From positions 1 through 42,270 of the IMG/VR virus record IMGVR_UViG_3300034357_000690: 42,270 nucleotides of DNA. One strand, 5' to 3'. Positions 17,846 through 26,823 of the stretch are shown here, piece after piece. The translations under genes were made by a program, and so were the position numbers. The notes beneath the pieces were generated by a model. It was not told where the DNA came from, did no database searches, and saw only the letters and a program-made list of their open reading frames with translations. The DNA is from a virus. Its lineage: Duplodnaviria; Caudoviricetes. Numbering within the stretch: position 1 is the stretch's first letter; each line of letters opens with the position of its first letter.

Positions 17846-18301
17846 TTAGTACGACCCTCCCGATCCGGGCGGGGGCGTCCAATCGGGTATTGGCGGGGCC
17901 TCGTAGTTCCACTCGCGGAGTTCAAATCGTGGGATCACGGCGTCGTTCAGGGGTTCGTCTCCGTCAATGCCGTGGATCGTGAAAGGCCGGCTGATGTCAA
18001 ACAGCCCGCCCGTCAGTTCAACGTCAAGGATTCGCGGGAGGTAAAAAACAGAACTTCCCACCTCGGTCCTCTCCCATCGATTCGCAAACAGAAGCCTCGC
18101 CTTGGCAATGTCTGGAAACGAAAACATGATCTCGTAGGTTCGCCCGACGACCACCGTCGACGACCCGTACCCGTTGAACCCGGATGCGTCGACCTCGGTC
18201 ACCGACTCGCGAACGCTGACATCGGACACGCCCTTGATCTCGGTGCCCTCGATCGTGAGGACGCAGTTCGTGCCGAGAACGTAGGTAATGGGCGCCGGCA
18301 T
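17846..18301 (-). CDS. Tail tube-like protein 2
   Basis: YVLG...I.GV.DVSVRESVTEVDAS resembles the upstream gene. Confidence 0.55.
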   Translation of the reverse strand: MPAPITYVLGTNCVLTIEGTEIKGVSDVSVRESVTEVDASGFNGYGSSTVVVGRTYEIMFSFPDIAKARLLFANRWERTEVGSSVFYLPRILDVELTGGLFDISRPFTIHGIDGDEPLNDAVIPRFELREWNYEAPPIPDWTPPPGSGGSY

Positions 18302-18320
18302 CAGTCACTCCCAAACTGGA

Positions 18321-18686
18321 TTAGGCGACCTGCGCCCCAGCCAGCCGCTTGAGCGTGATGCTGTATTCGATCGCACCGTCCACGACCTGCGGCTCGCCGA
18401 TGTTGTTGACGTAGTAGAGGCCAGTGGAGAGGCTGCCCGTAACGCCGATCGACACGACGCCGGTGCTGTGAATGCCCGCCGTGTGATCGAAGCAGACCAC
18501 CTCGACAGTGGTGTTCCAGCGAACGGGCACGAACTCTTGGATGTAATCGCTCCCCCTGGTCGTCACCTCGGCCTCGGCTGCCGTCTCGCGGGTGATCGTG
18601 ACATCCTTTACGTTCGCGTTGGTGATCGTCGTCCCGAACGTAAAAAGTTGGTCTTTGCCGAGCTTGTATGAGTGTGCGACTGGCAT
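18321..18686 (-). CDS. Tail tube-like protein 1
   Basis: VKDVTITRETAAEAEVTTRG; AGGAG RBS; position in the operon. Confidence 0.65.
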   Translation of the reverse strand: MPVAHSYKLGKDQLFTFGTTITNANVKDVTITRETAAEAEVTTRGSDYIQEFVPVRWNTTVEVVCFDHTAGIHSTGVVSIGVTGSLSTGLYYVNNIGEPQVVDGAIEYSITLKRLAGAQVA

Positions 18687-18750
18687 GGTGCGGCATTCTC
18701 CTGTGCGGTTTCGGCGGCGACCGCCACCTGAACGTCAGTATACCAGTTTG

Positions 18751-19539
18751 CTATCCGCGGCTGACGGTGAACCCGGACCGGGAACCGGCTGAACTCTTGA
18801 ACTGGCCGGCGAAAGCCTTGGCGATCGATCCGTTGGAAATACAGAACTCCATAGCCGGTTTCATAAACGGCCGTGCCGGGTAGGTGGTCGACTTGTGCTC
18901 GAACGACCGCATCGGCCGCCATCGCGATTGGTCGCGTGGCAACTGCCCGGCCGGCAGCTTCATGATGATCGGGCTCCTCATGCCGCCCCTCAGCGTCTTG
19001 ATCTGCGGGATGAAAGCCCACGTCTTGAGCTTGAGCGTGCCGCCGAACTCGTGGAGGTAGGGGATCATGCGGCCCTTCTTCGACGGGCCGACAACGACGG
19101 AGTGCGTCGATTGGTCGTAGTAGTACCAGAGGTTGCGGCGGAAGCCGAGGTAACTGGCCTGGTGCCCAAACTCCGGCGTGTGCGTGAACGGCGGTGAGCC
19201 AGCCGGTGAAGGCTTGGGATTCTGCACCTCGCGAATCACTCGACGCCCAAACTTCCCGCTCTGCACCCAACTCTTCCCGAGCACGCCCATCTGCATCAGC
19301 GTGCTTATGCCGGCCCCGGGGAAGTCTCTCCGGATCTTTGACGGGATCCTCGCCATGCCACGTCTCTTGATAATCCGCCGGACGCGGTCACGAATCAGAC
19401 CGCCAGACTTGAACAGTGCCCGATGATCCATCCCCGACATGGCATCGCGGATTGCTTGCCGGTCAAAGAACAAGTCGATCGAGGCTTTCATCCCGATCGA
19501 GGGGACGTGCGGAATCATGCCCGGCACGCGAGGGATCAT
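18751..19539 (-). CDS. Basic neck/tail-completion protein (HK97 gp10-like)
   Basis: SPAGSPP, VVVGP, LHEFGG and YPARPFMKPA motifs. Confidence 0.65.
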   Translation of the reverse strand: MIPRVPGMIPHVPSIGMKASIDLFFDRQAIRDAMSGMDHRALFKSGGLIRDRVRRIIKRRGMARIPSKIRRDFPGAGISTLMQMGVLGKSWVQSGKFGRRVIREVQNPKPSPAGSPPFTHTPEFGHQASYLGFRRNLWYYYDQSTHSVVVGPSKKGRMIPYLHEFGGTLKLKTWAFIPQIKTLRGGMRSPIIMKLPAGQLPRDQSRWRPMRSFEHKSTTYPARPFMKPAMEFCISNGSIAKAFAGQFKSSAGSRSGFTVSRG

Positions 19540-19541
19540 GG

Positions 19542-20000
19542 CTAGACCTTCGCGTTGGCGTAGCGGTAGGTAACGGAAATGTCGGCCAGGAAGACCCTGG
19601 CCCCCGTCACCTGGTCGCGGTCGTAGGTCACCAGATTGGTGACGTTCATCCACGCGACCCCCGGCGGCATCGTGGTCTCGCCGGCCGGCAGTTTCTTGGA
19701 GCGGATAGCGTCCACGATGTTCGTCCGCAGCTCGACCAGGTCGTCGATCTCGGCGTCGGACGCCATCCGCTTCCCGACCACGACATGAATGTCGATCTCA
19801 AACAGGTCAGCCCCGTGAGTGTGCGGCGTAACCTGGGTTTCCCCCGGGACCACCGACACCTTGAGGTCGCCCAGTTCCTCGGCCGTGTAGTCGGGGACGT
19901 AGGAACGGACGGCGTCGACGGACGCGATCGCCCCGTCGAACCGTGCGAGCGACAGGCTGCCGGCGAGCGAATCAGCGATGAGTATTTCGATGGCTTCCAT
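19542..20000 (-). CDS. Tail terminator-like protein
   Basis: Size, acidic alpha/beta pattern, position. Confidence 0.55.
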   Translation of the reverse strand: MEAIEILIADSLAGSLSLARFDGAIASVDAVRSYVPDYTAEELGDLKVSVVPGETQVTPHTHGADLFEIDIHVVVGKRMASDAEIDDLVELRTNIVDAIRSKKLPAGETTMPPGVAWMNVTNLVTYDRDQVTGARVFLADISVTYRYANAKV

Positions 20001-20007
20001 GTTTGTC

Positions 20008-21060
20008 CTATGGTTTCGGTCCGTCCGCTACCACCATTCTCTCAATCGCCGCCACGTTCTCGGCGTGCCGCGGCTCGGCCGGGTTCCGCCGTGCAGCCTC
20101 GCGGGCGTATTCCAGGGCCTCCGCGTACAGCCCCAACTCAAACGCAGCGGAGTAGGCGAGGTCGGCAGAAAGGTCGCCGTAGGCCGCCACGTCGCTGGTG
20201 TGGGTCATGTTTTCCCGGTCGCAGTGATACGCTTGGCGAGCCCAGTAGAGAGTCGCCACGGCGTCACGCTTGTGCCAGCCCATTTGGGCGACGTACAGGT
20301 GGGCCTCCGGCTCCGTCGGTGCCTCGAGCATGGCGGCGAGGATATGGCTGTTCGCACCGCCCTGGTCGAGCCTCGCCAGCGACCGGCGGGCGTAGGCCCG
20401 CTCATTCGGGGCCCCGCCCGGCATCTTGAGGTAGGAAGCGAAAGCCGGTCCGGCCCGTTTGTCCCCGGCGTAGTCCAGCTCCCGGGCGTAGTACCAGTGC
20501 ATCCGGGCGTCGGTCGGATTCTCCTCGACCGCCCGCGTGAGCAGTTCCAGGTCGCTCTTATGCTTCTTCTCTGGATCGCGGTGATGGCGGATCACCACGT
20601 TGTCGGCGAACGTCTGCACGTCGGTTCCGGACCACCGCACCAGACCCTCGTGCGTGGCACCAGACCACCGGTAGCCATGCCGCGAGTGGATCCGGTCGCA
20701 GCGGAAGCAGAAGTCTTCACTCCACCAGTAGGGGTATCGGAGTTTCGTCGTTTCGGGCGTCCACGCGGCCTCCAAGCCCTCCCGCCAGCCGGGGTCGAGG
20801 GCCTCGTCGAGATCCAGCCGGATCGCCACGTCCGCGTCGGCTGGGACGTGCATCAGGGAGAGGTTGTGGGCGTCGTCCCAACGCCACGGGATCGGGGCAC
20901 CGCGGGCCACCGTCACGCCGGCGGCCTCGAGCAGCTCCACGGTGTTGTCGGTGCTGCCGGTGTCGGTGACCACCCGCACGTCGGCCTCGCGGCAGGATGT
21001 CTCCCACCGCTCGACGTTGGCGGATTCGTTGCGGGCGAGGGCGTAGATGGCGATTTTCAT
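20008..21060 (-). CDS. GT2-family glycosyltransferase with C-terminal TPRs
   Basis: IAIYALARNE, VTDTGSTDNT, LDLDE, THE; helical TPR-like tail. Confidence 0.85.
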   Translation of the reverse strand: MKIAIYALARNESANVERWETSCREADVRVVTDTGSTDNTVELLEAAGVTVARGAPIPWRWDDAHNLSLMHVPADADVAIRLDLDEALDPGWREGLEAAWTPETTKLRYPYWWSEDFCFRCDRIHSRHGYRWSGATHEGLVRWSGTDVQTFADNVVIRHHRDPEKKHKSDLELLTRAVEENPTDARMHWYYARELDYAGDKRAGPAFASYLKMPGGAPNERAYARRSLARLDQGGANSHILAAMLEAPTEPEAHLYVAQMGWHKRDAVATLYWARQAYHCDRENMTHTSDVAAYGDLSADLAYSAAFELGLYAEALEYAREAARRNPAEPRHAENVAAIERMVVADGPKP

Positions 21061-21617
21061 GTCAGGATCGCCCCCTTCCTCAAACCGTCATCGAAATACT
21101 CCACCGTCCGGGCTTGCTCCTTGGCGAACGTCTCGACCGCGGCCCGCACCTCCGGGTTGCAGCAGTCGTCGGCGAGGATCACCCGGCAGCCGGCCACCAG
21201 CCGGAGGTCGGCAAGTGCCCCGGTATAGGAGTGGTCGCCGTCGACATGGGCGAAGTCGGCCGGCGGCAGACTCTTGATCGCGTGGGAGTCGACCACGACC
21301 AGGTCGGCGTCGATGTTGTGCTTCTCCACGAGCCGCCGCCAGTGGGCGAGGCAGTCGTAGGAGTCAGCATCCATCGCACCGTCGATGCAGAGGTAGTGGG
21401 CACCGGGGGCCGCGGCCTCAAACGTCAGCAGCGAGTAGCCGCAGCGGGTGCCGATCTCGATCACGCTGGCCGGCTTGTGGACGCGGAAAATCTCGCCCTT
21501 CATGGCGTAATGGAAAATCACCCGGCTGTCGCAACCGAACCAGTCGTCCTCCCGCCAGTTGCTCTCCAGCAACTTGCGAACGGCGTCAGTCCATGCCAGC
21601 GATGCGGTCACTCCCAT
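21057..21617 (-). CDS. Class I SAM-dependent methyltransferase (Methyltransf_24-like)
   Basis: VIEIGTRCGYS, DFAHVDGDHSY and ILADD motifs. Confidence 0.85.
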   Translation of the reverse strand: MGVTASLAWTDAVRKLLESNWREDDWFGCDSRVIFHYAMKGEIFRVHKPASVIEIGTRCGYSLLTFEAAAPGAHYLCIDGAMDADSYDCLAHWRRLVEKHNIDADLVVVDSHAIKSLPPADFAHVDGDHSYTGALADLRLVAGCRVILADDCCNPEVRAAVETFAKEQARTVEYFDDGLRKGAILT

Positions 21618-22669
21618 GCGTCACCCATGATGTTGAGGATGTCGGCGATCGGGAGGTAGGCCAGCCACGCCTCGGCGTCGCGGACGCCGAACGATGCCAC
21701 GAGCGTGCTTTGGCCGCTGACCGCGACGCCGGCACAGAACTCGATGCTCCGGGTTTCGCGAAACGCGAAAGCCGGGGATACCCTGGTGATCCGCCAGTCC
21801 TGGCCCTCGTCGAACATGACGAAGCGGTGTTCGTAGGCCCGGCGGCCACCGGAGACCGCCACCTCGTGGACTATTCCCCACCACAGGCCCGGAGCCCACG
21901 GGTGCTCGACGAGCTGCGAGCCGCCGCGGAATCCGCGGGCCACCGGCGGGGCCTCGGCATGGGCGGTCACAGTCCAATCGTCGCCGTCCTCGCGGACGAG
22001 GCACGTCCGGCCTTGGTGGCTGCAGTGGTAGAGCCACTCTCGCCGGCCGGTAATCGGCATCCAGTTTTTCTCGTGCCGGCCGCTCACGGTGTCGTGGCAG
22101 CGGAGGTCGTGGATCTTGCCGAACGTCTCCAGCTTCCCGACGCCGATCCGGCACGTCCCGTCGCGTCCCGCCCAGTTGCGGATCGTGGCCGACGCGATCA
22201 GCTCACCCTCAACAGAGTTGAGCCGCACGTCCTCTAGGCCCTCGACTGGAAAGCCGCTGGCCTCGTAGTCGGCGGCCCAGTAGCGTGCGTGCCCGCCGCC
22301 AGGCTCGGCGAGGCAGTTGAGCGTCCGGATCGTCTCGCGATCCTCCGGCGGGATGACGTAGTTGCCCGCGTCGTCGATCGAATAGTTGCTCGACCGCACG
22401 TTGACCAGCAACCGGTCGCCGTGGCTCACGACCGAAGGGTTGAACAGCGACCAGCCGACACGGGCGGGGGGCACGTCGATCTGCGTGAACTCCGCGGCGA
22501 CGCCCTGGTCGGATAGCGTCTGCGTGTACCAGGTGCGATTCGACCGCACCCGCTCTTCCTTCTCCGCGGAGAGCGGCAGCCGCAGAAGCCGCTCGCAGCA
22601 TCGGCGGCCGACCTCGTGCTCGCCACAGTGGTAGGCGTGGGCCGCGACGCGATGGAGGTGTTCAATCAT
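21608..22669 (-). CDS. Five-bladed propeller glycosidase/phosphorylase-like (GH43/GH130-like) protein with an N-terminal helical repeat
   Basis: FNPSV, GLEDVRL, EKNWMP, RGGSQL, IVHE and IEFCAG motifs. Confidence 0.7.
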   Translation of the reverse strand: MIEHLHRVAAHAYHCGEHEVGRRCCERLLRLPLSAEKEERVRSNRTWYTQTLSDQGVAAEFTQIDVPPARVGWSLFNPSVVSHGDRLLVNVRSSNYSIDDAGNYVIPPEDRETIRTLNCLAEPGGGHARYWAADYEASGFPVEGLEDVRLNSVEGELIASATIRNWAGRDGTCRIGVGKLETFGKIHDLRCHDTVSGRHEKNWMPITGRREWLYHCSHQGRTCLVREDGDDWTVTAHAEAPPVARGFRGGSQLVEHPWAPGLWWGIVHEVAVSGGRRAYEHRFVMFDEGQDWRITRVSPAFAFRETRSIEFCAGVAVSGQSTLVASFGVRDAEAWLAYLPIADILNIMGDAWE

Positions 22670-22746
22670 GCCGGTGTTCACCTGTTCACCGGTAGCCTAC
22701 CCAAATGGGCTGGGCCGTAAACCCCGGATTTTCGCGAGGGAGTTCA

Positions 22747-23064
22747 CTAGCTCACAGGGCTAGGGGACTCTGGCAGGAGGGCGAGGGCGTCGGCCAGCGG
22801 GATGATCTCCACCTGATCCATGAGTTCCGGCGTCATGTGGATTCCGATCCAGCCAAACAGGTCACCCGGCCCGACGGCGGATAGCACCTCGCCGTCGATC
22901 ATCCAGCGTCCATCCTCCAACTGCCTGCCGTAGCAGATATGTCGCGGGTCGCCGTGTTCCTGTTGGATTTCATAGAGGGCCACAGCAACCTCATGCGGAT
23001 AGACCAGCGCAAGGTCTTTGCAGTCGGCGTGAGGCATCGGGAGGGTGAGGTCGGATAGGGTCAT
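22747..23064 (-). CDS. Hypothetical protein (possible fibre chaperone)
   Basis: ATGA-coupled to the LamG gene. Confidence 0.6.
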   Translation of the reverse strand: MTLSDLTLPMPHADCKDLALVYPHEVAVALYEIQQEHGDPRHICYGRQLEDGRWMIDGEVLSAVGPGDLFGWIGIHMTPELMDQVEIIPLADALALLPESPSPVS

Positions 23065-25433
23065 GCGATCCTCGTCATGGCAGTTTGGAACGCCTGCATG
23101 GCGGTGTTAAAGGCGGTCACCTGTGCAGCCGTCATGCCGGCACCGATGCTGTATGCAGCCATGCGCCCGTTGTAAAACTCCGTTGGCCCGTTGCGAGCGA
23201 AGACGAAGAACGGGGACGCGCCTGTGACTTCGGCGGTGCTGACCTCATTTGTTCCGACAGAAACCGCATCGTCGTAAAGCGTCAGAAGCGTCGTACTAGT
23301 GCGGCTGGACAGCATCAGGCCACCGTTCGCGTTTGCCAGAGTGGAAGATGCCTGCTTGAGTTCCCCCAACTCTGTGAACAGGAGGTAGTTTCCTGCGGTG
23401 GTGTTGTTCAGGAAGATCCGATAGCGATCCGAAGTGCCATTGAACAGAGTGCCGATCAGCGTCCTGGGAGACGCGATGTCCTGTGTCCCAGTGATGTAAG
23501 ACGATAGGTGGCAGTTGGCAGCACCCGGCAGGCTAGACACGTTGAGTCCCGTGTCTAGATACTTCGTTGATCCATTGCCTAGCAATCCGCCGCTTGTCCC
23601 CGTCTCGTTGTAGTCACCGGTCAGGAACGCCGGCGATCCAAGGTTCGTATCGGTTGCATTGCCCAGCGGCGATCCGCCGAACGATGCAGAACGATAGAGG
23701 GGAACGAAAGCACCCTGGAAACTTCCGCAGAAGAGATTCAAACGCAGGAACCGATCCCTAATCGAACCGCCCGGCGCGTTTTCGATGTCGGTACAAAACT
23801 GGTTCACGCTTGCCGCCGTCGCGGAACTCACCGTGCCGCCGTTGGCGTACACGCGATTGATCCAGTCCTGTGCGTCCAGATTGGAGACTTGCGGGGCGAG
23901 GGTAATGCCCCAGCGGCTTGCCAAATAGACCTCAAGGCGGCGTCTTTCTGATGGAGAGACTGCCCGAGAGTAGACAAGCAGTTCCGCTATGTTGCTTGCG
24001 AACGGAGTGACAACGGACGTTCTTCGCAGCGCGCCGATGTTGGCAGTTGTCAGAGAAAGAGTGCCGCAGTCCAGGGCTGCGTTATTTGCTACGTCTGCCC
24101 CATTGAGCGACAGCGTTGTGGATTGGCCCGCGAACGTCATTGACGCTATCGACCAAGATGTAAGAGACGCGCCGGAAACAGCTGCCAGCGCTAAAGACGA
24201 GGCATCGTCTCGCCGCCGCGTGCCAATGCCATCGTTCACCGTCTTTTCCAACACAAAAAACGGGGTGTCTGTCGAAGAGTTGCCGAATCCAAGAATGGTC
24301 GCGGTAGACGCAGATGAGGACGCTAAGCAGACTGCGATTGCCGTCATGGGAACGTCTGAGCCAGTGACCACAGACGAAAGCGAGTCCGCTGAAAGGGTTT
24401 GGTTTGAAGCAGACGCAAACTGCGTTACTCGCCTGTTGTTTCTGAGCGTCCCGCTGACGGTCGGCCGACTCCCCGCCGTCGCCTGCACCGCGTGTCTCGC
24501 GTTTCCCGATTTGTCCCCCCAGTACCCCACCGGATCGCTGGTCGCGGTGGCGGGAGCGTGGACGCCGGAGATGGACCACTTGGTGGCTAAGTAGGCTTCG
24601 ACCGATGCTCGTTGGGCGGTGGTCAGAGCGGTGGGGTAAAGAATGATCTCGGCTATGTCGCAAGTGTTGAAGCCCGTCCCACCCTGTGCGGCCATGCCAA
24701 CACCGAGACGAGTGACTGCCGTAGAGAGCGTTGCGGCAGCCGATGCGACTGACATCCCGCCCGCCGAGTTCGTAACGAGATTCGATGACAGCACCCCCGC
24801 GAACACGCCGTATGAGGCGAAGCCGGTGACGCCACTTGCGTTTGTGCCTTGCGTTCCAGCGAACGCGGACAGTGTTCCTGCGTTCGATACGCACGGGATG
24901 ACGCTGCCGGAGCCAAAATCGTTGCCTGCGCCAGCCGTGCTAAACACTCGTCCATTTGTCAAACCGCCAGAGATTCGGCACACCACAAACACGCTGTATG
25001 CGTTGGTGCTGATGCTAGTTGCCAGATTTCCGGTCAGCCCCTGCGACCCGCCAAACGTCAATACGCTCCGGCTATTCAAAGCGTTGCTTGTCAGCGTTGG
25101 TCGAAGCCCGCCGCTCGCCGTCACGTCGTTTCCGCTGTTGCTCTTGTCTTTCCAAGTCTCCACCAAAGAACCGTTTAGCGTCATGCTCGCAGCCGATGAG
25201 TCAGCCCCGTCCAACCACAACGAAGGCGTGGCGATATCCAGCGGGCTCGCCACCGCCACCACCGGACCCGCGTCGGTGGTGTAGGTGGAGCCGGAGTCAG
25301 AGGCGTCAAGCCACAGGGCTAGGCCCTCAATGTCCGTCGGCGAGAACTCCGACGACCGGCGATAGATCGTCAACGGCAGCCTGGTGCGGACGCCGCCTCG
25401 AGGAAATGCACGTCGAGTCATATTTTTTGCCAT
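23061..25433 (-). CDS. Multi-LamG/concanavalin-like virion fibre or adhesin
   Basis: Two sets of WLD(A/G).D / W.DKS / IAE..Y / EAYL..KW motifs plus a third C-terminal LamG-like domain. Confidence 0.75.
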   Translation of the reverse strand: MAKNMTRRAFPRGGVRTRLPLTIYRRSSEFSPTDIEGLALWLDASDSGSTYTTDAGPVVAVASPLDIATPSLWLDGADSSAASMTLNGSLVETWKDKSNSGNDVTASGGLRPTLTSNALNSRSVLTFGGSQGLTGNLATSISTNAYSVFVVCRISGGLTNGRVFSTAGAGNDFGSGSVIPCVSNAGTLSAFAGTQGTNASGVTGFASYGVFAGVLSSNLVTNSAGGMSVASAAATLSTAVTRLGVGMAAQGGTGFNTCDIAEIILYPTALTTAQRASVEAYLATKWSISGVHAPATATSDPVGYWGDKSGNARHAVQATAGSRPTVSGTLRNNRRVTQFASASNQTLSADSLSSVVTGSDVPMTAIAVCLASSSASTATILGFGNSSTDTPFFVLEKTVNDGIGTRRRDDASSLALAAVSGASLTSWSIASMTFAGQSTTLSLNGADVANNAALDCGTLSLTTANIGALRRTSVVTPFASNIAELLVYSRAVSPSERRRLEVYLASRWGITLAPQVSNLDAQDWINRVYANGGTVSSATAASVNQFCTDIENAPGGSIRDRFLRLNLFCGSFQGAFVPLYRSASFGGSPLGNATDTNLGSPAFLTGDYNETGTSGGLLGNGSTKYLDTGLNVSSLPGAANCHLSSYITGTQDIASPRTLIGTLFNGTSDRYRIFLNNTTAGNYLLFTELGELKQASSTLANANGGLMLSSRTSTTLLTLYDDAVSVGTNEVSTAEVTGASPFFVFARNGPTEFYNGRMAAYSIGAGMTAAQVTAFNTAMQAFQTAMTRIA

Positions 25434-25449
25434 GCTGATTTTTCCTCGG

Positions 25450-26340
25450 CTACGCCACAACCACCGTCACGGGTGCAGACGTCGGCCCTTCGCCTACGGC
25501 GTTGACTGCCGAAACTTCGGCGTTGTAGCCGCTGAAGTTGCCTTCAAACCGGTAGTATTCGCTGGCGACGATAGTGTCTGGCGTGACGTACTCGCCATCG
25601 AAGTACACGCGGTATTCAGTGATGGCAGCCCCGCCGTTGCTGGTCGGTGCTTGCCACAAGACGTTTGTCCCGACTTCGCTCGGATCGAAATATGCCCCAG
25701 CGATTGTCGGAGCACCTGGCACCGCCGTGATCGTCACCGGCGAACTCTTTGCCCCCTCGCCGATCGCGTTCACCGCCGACACCCGGACTACCGTGCCACC
25801 CGAAAACGTCCCGACGCTCGTGGTTGATGGGGCCGTCACGGTCTCCTGCAGCACGTCGCCGGCGTAGACCTTGTAGGAGGTCACGACGTACTCGCCGGTG
25901 ACGACGGGAGCCGTCCACGTCACGCGAGGGCCACTGACGACTACGAGAGCGGTGGGCGGCCCGGGAACGGCCGGAGTGCGAGTGGCTGGTCCCTCGGTCA
26001 CCATCGTGTGAATCCGCCTCAACGTCTTATTTCGATCGGACCAACGCCAGTGGTGCTCGGCACCCGGCGGGACCATCACCTCGTAGGTCGCGCCACCGGC
26101 AACGATCCGGTCGCCCTTCTTCGGATCTTGGGCAAGGTCCGTCGTGTCAACGAAAAAGTCTTGCGTCTCCGTCCGGAGCATCTGGCCGGCGGCATCTATC
26201 GACTCCCAACGGCCAATCACGACTGTCGCACGCACTGTCCGCGTGGTGCCGATGGTCGGCTGATACGACACCTCAGTCGACAGGTGCTCACGCCGCTGCG
26301 ACTGAAACCACGTCTCGCCAGCGGCGATCATGTCCTGCAT
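25450..26340 (-). CDS. Head-tail joining protein fused to two FN3 domains
   Basis: N-terminal PKKGDRI...YEV...WRWSD; two W.AP...Y.VY...VSAVNA.GEG repeats. Confidence 0.75.
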   Translation of the reverse strand: MQDMIAAGETWFQSQRREHLSTEVSYQPTIGTTRTVRATVVIGRWESIDAAGQMLRTETQDFFVDTTDLAQDPKKGDRIVAGGATYEVMVPPGAEHHWRWSDRNKTLRRIHTMVTEGPATRTPAVPGPPTALVVVSGPRVTWTAPVVTGEYVVTSYKVYAGDVLQETVTAPSTTSVGTFSGGTVVRVSAVNAIGEGAKSSPVTITAVPGAPTIAGAYFDPSEVGTNVLWQAPTSNGGAAITEYRVYFDGEYVTPDTIVASEYYRFEGNFSGYNAEVSAVNAVGEGPTSAPVTVVVA

Positions 26341-26356
26341 GTGTCACCAGTGCGAG

Positions 26357-26397
26357 AGGGGCGGGCGCGGCCGATAGCGTGGCCGCACCCGCCCCCT
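26357..26397. repeat. GC-rich intergenic hairpin
   Basis: AGGGGCGGGCGCGGCC...GGCCGCACCCGCCCC after the DUF2190 gene; no U-tail. Confidence 0.6.
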
Positions 26398-26410
26398 TGC
26401 GTGGGGTCGG

Positions 26411-26734
26411 TCACGAGGGCCAGAGGAGCACCGCCACCTGGCGATCGGCCACCAGTCGGGGACGGGCCAGGTAGCCCGCGGTGACACCGGTCGTGGCGTC
26501 GAACACGCCCGACGCGGCGTACCACCGAATGGCCGAGCCTTGGGCACCGGTGATACCGGTTGCGGCCACCGAGCCGGTCACGACACAGTTGGTGTGAACG
26601 GCACCGAGCTCGTTGGCGACGATCGGACGATCGGCGACCGTCACAAGGCCGCCGAGGACGACGATTTCGCCCGCTGCCACGCCCGTCGTCGGGGTGTAGT
26701 CGAGCTTGTTTCCGTCTGCGTAATAACTGGGCAT
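26411..26734 (-). CDS. DUF2190-family capsid cement/decoration protein
   Basis: G..LDYTP...VAAGEIVVLG..V.VADRPI; directly after the capsid gene. Confidence 0.8.
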   Translation of the reverse strand: MPSYYADGNKLDYTPTTGVAAGEIVVLGGLVTVADRPIVANELGAVHTNCVVTGSVAATGITGAQGSAIRWYAASGVFDATTGVTAGYLARPRLVADRQVAVLLWPS

Positions 26735-26773
26735 CTGAGAACCTTTCGTATCGGGAGTATGGAGTTTGAGAGC

Positions 26774-26806
26774 CCCAGCCGGCGGGTTGGACCCCCGCCG
26801 GCCGGG
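26774..26806. repeat. GC-rich hairpin after the capsid gene
   Basis: CCCAGCCGGCGGG...CCCGCCGGCCGGG. Confidence 0.6.
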
Positions 26807-26823
26807 CACGAATCACATTACGA

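Noticed and set aside
18736-18753. Possible seventh GTAC-N4 box upstream of the tail tube gene (GTATAC-CAGT-TTGC)
   Set aside because: Position fits, but the second half-site is too degenerate to count
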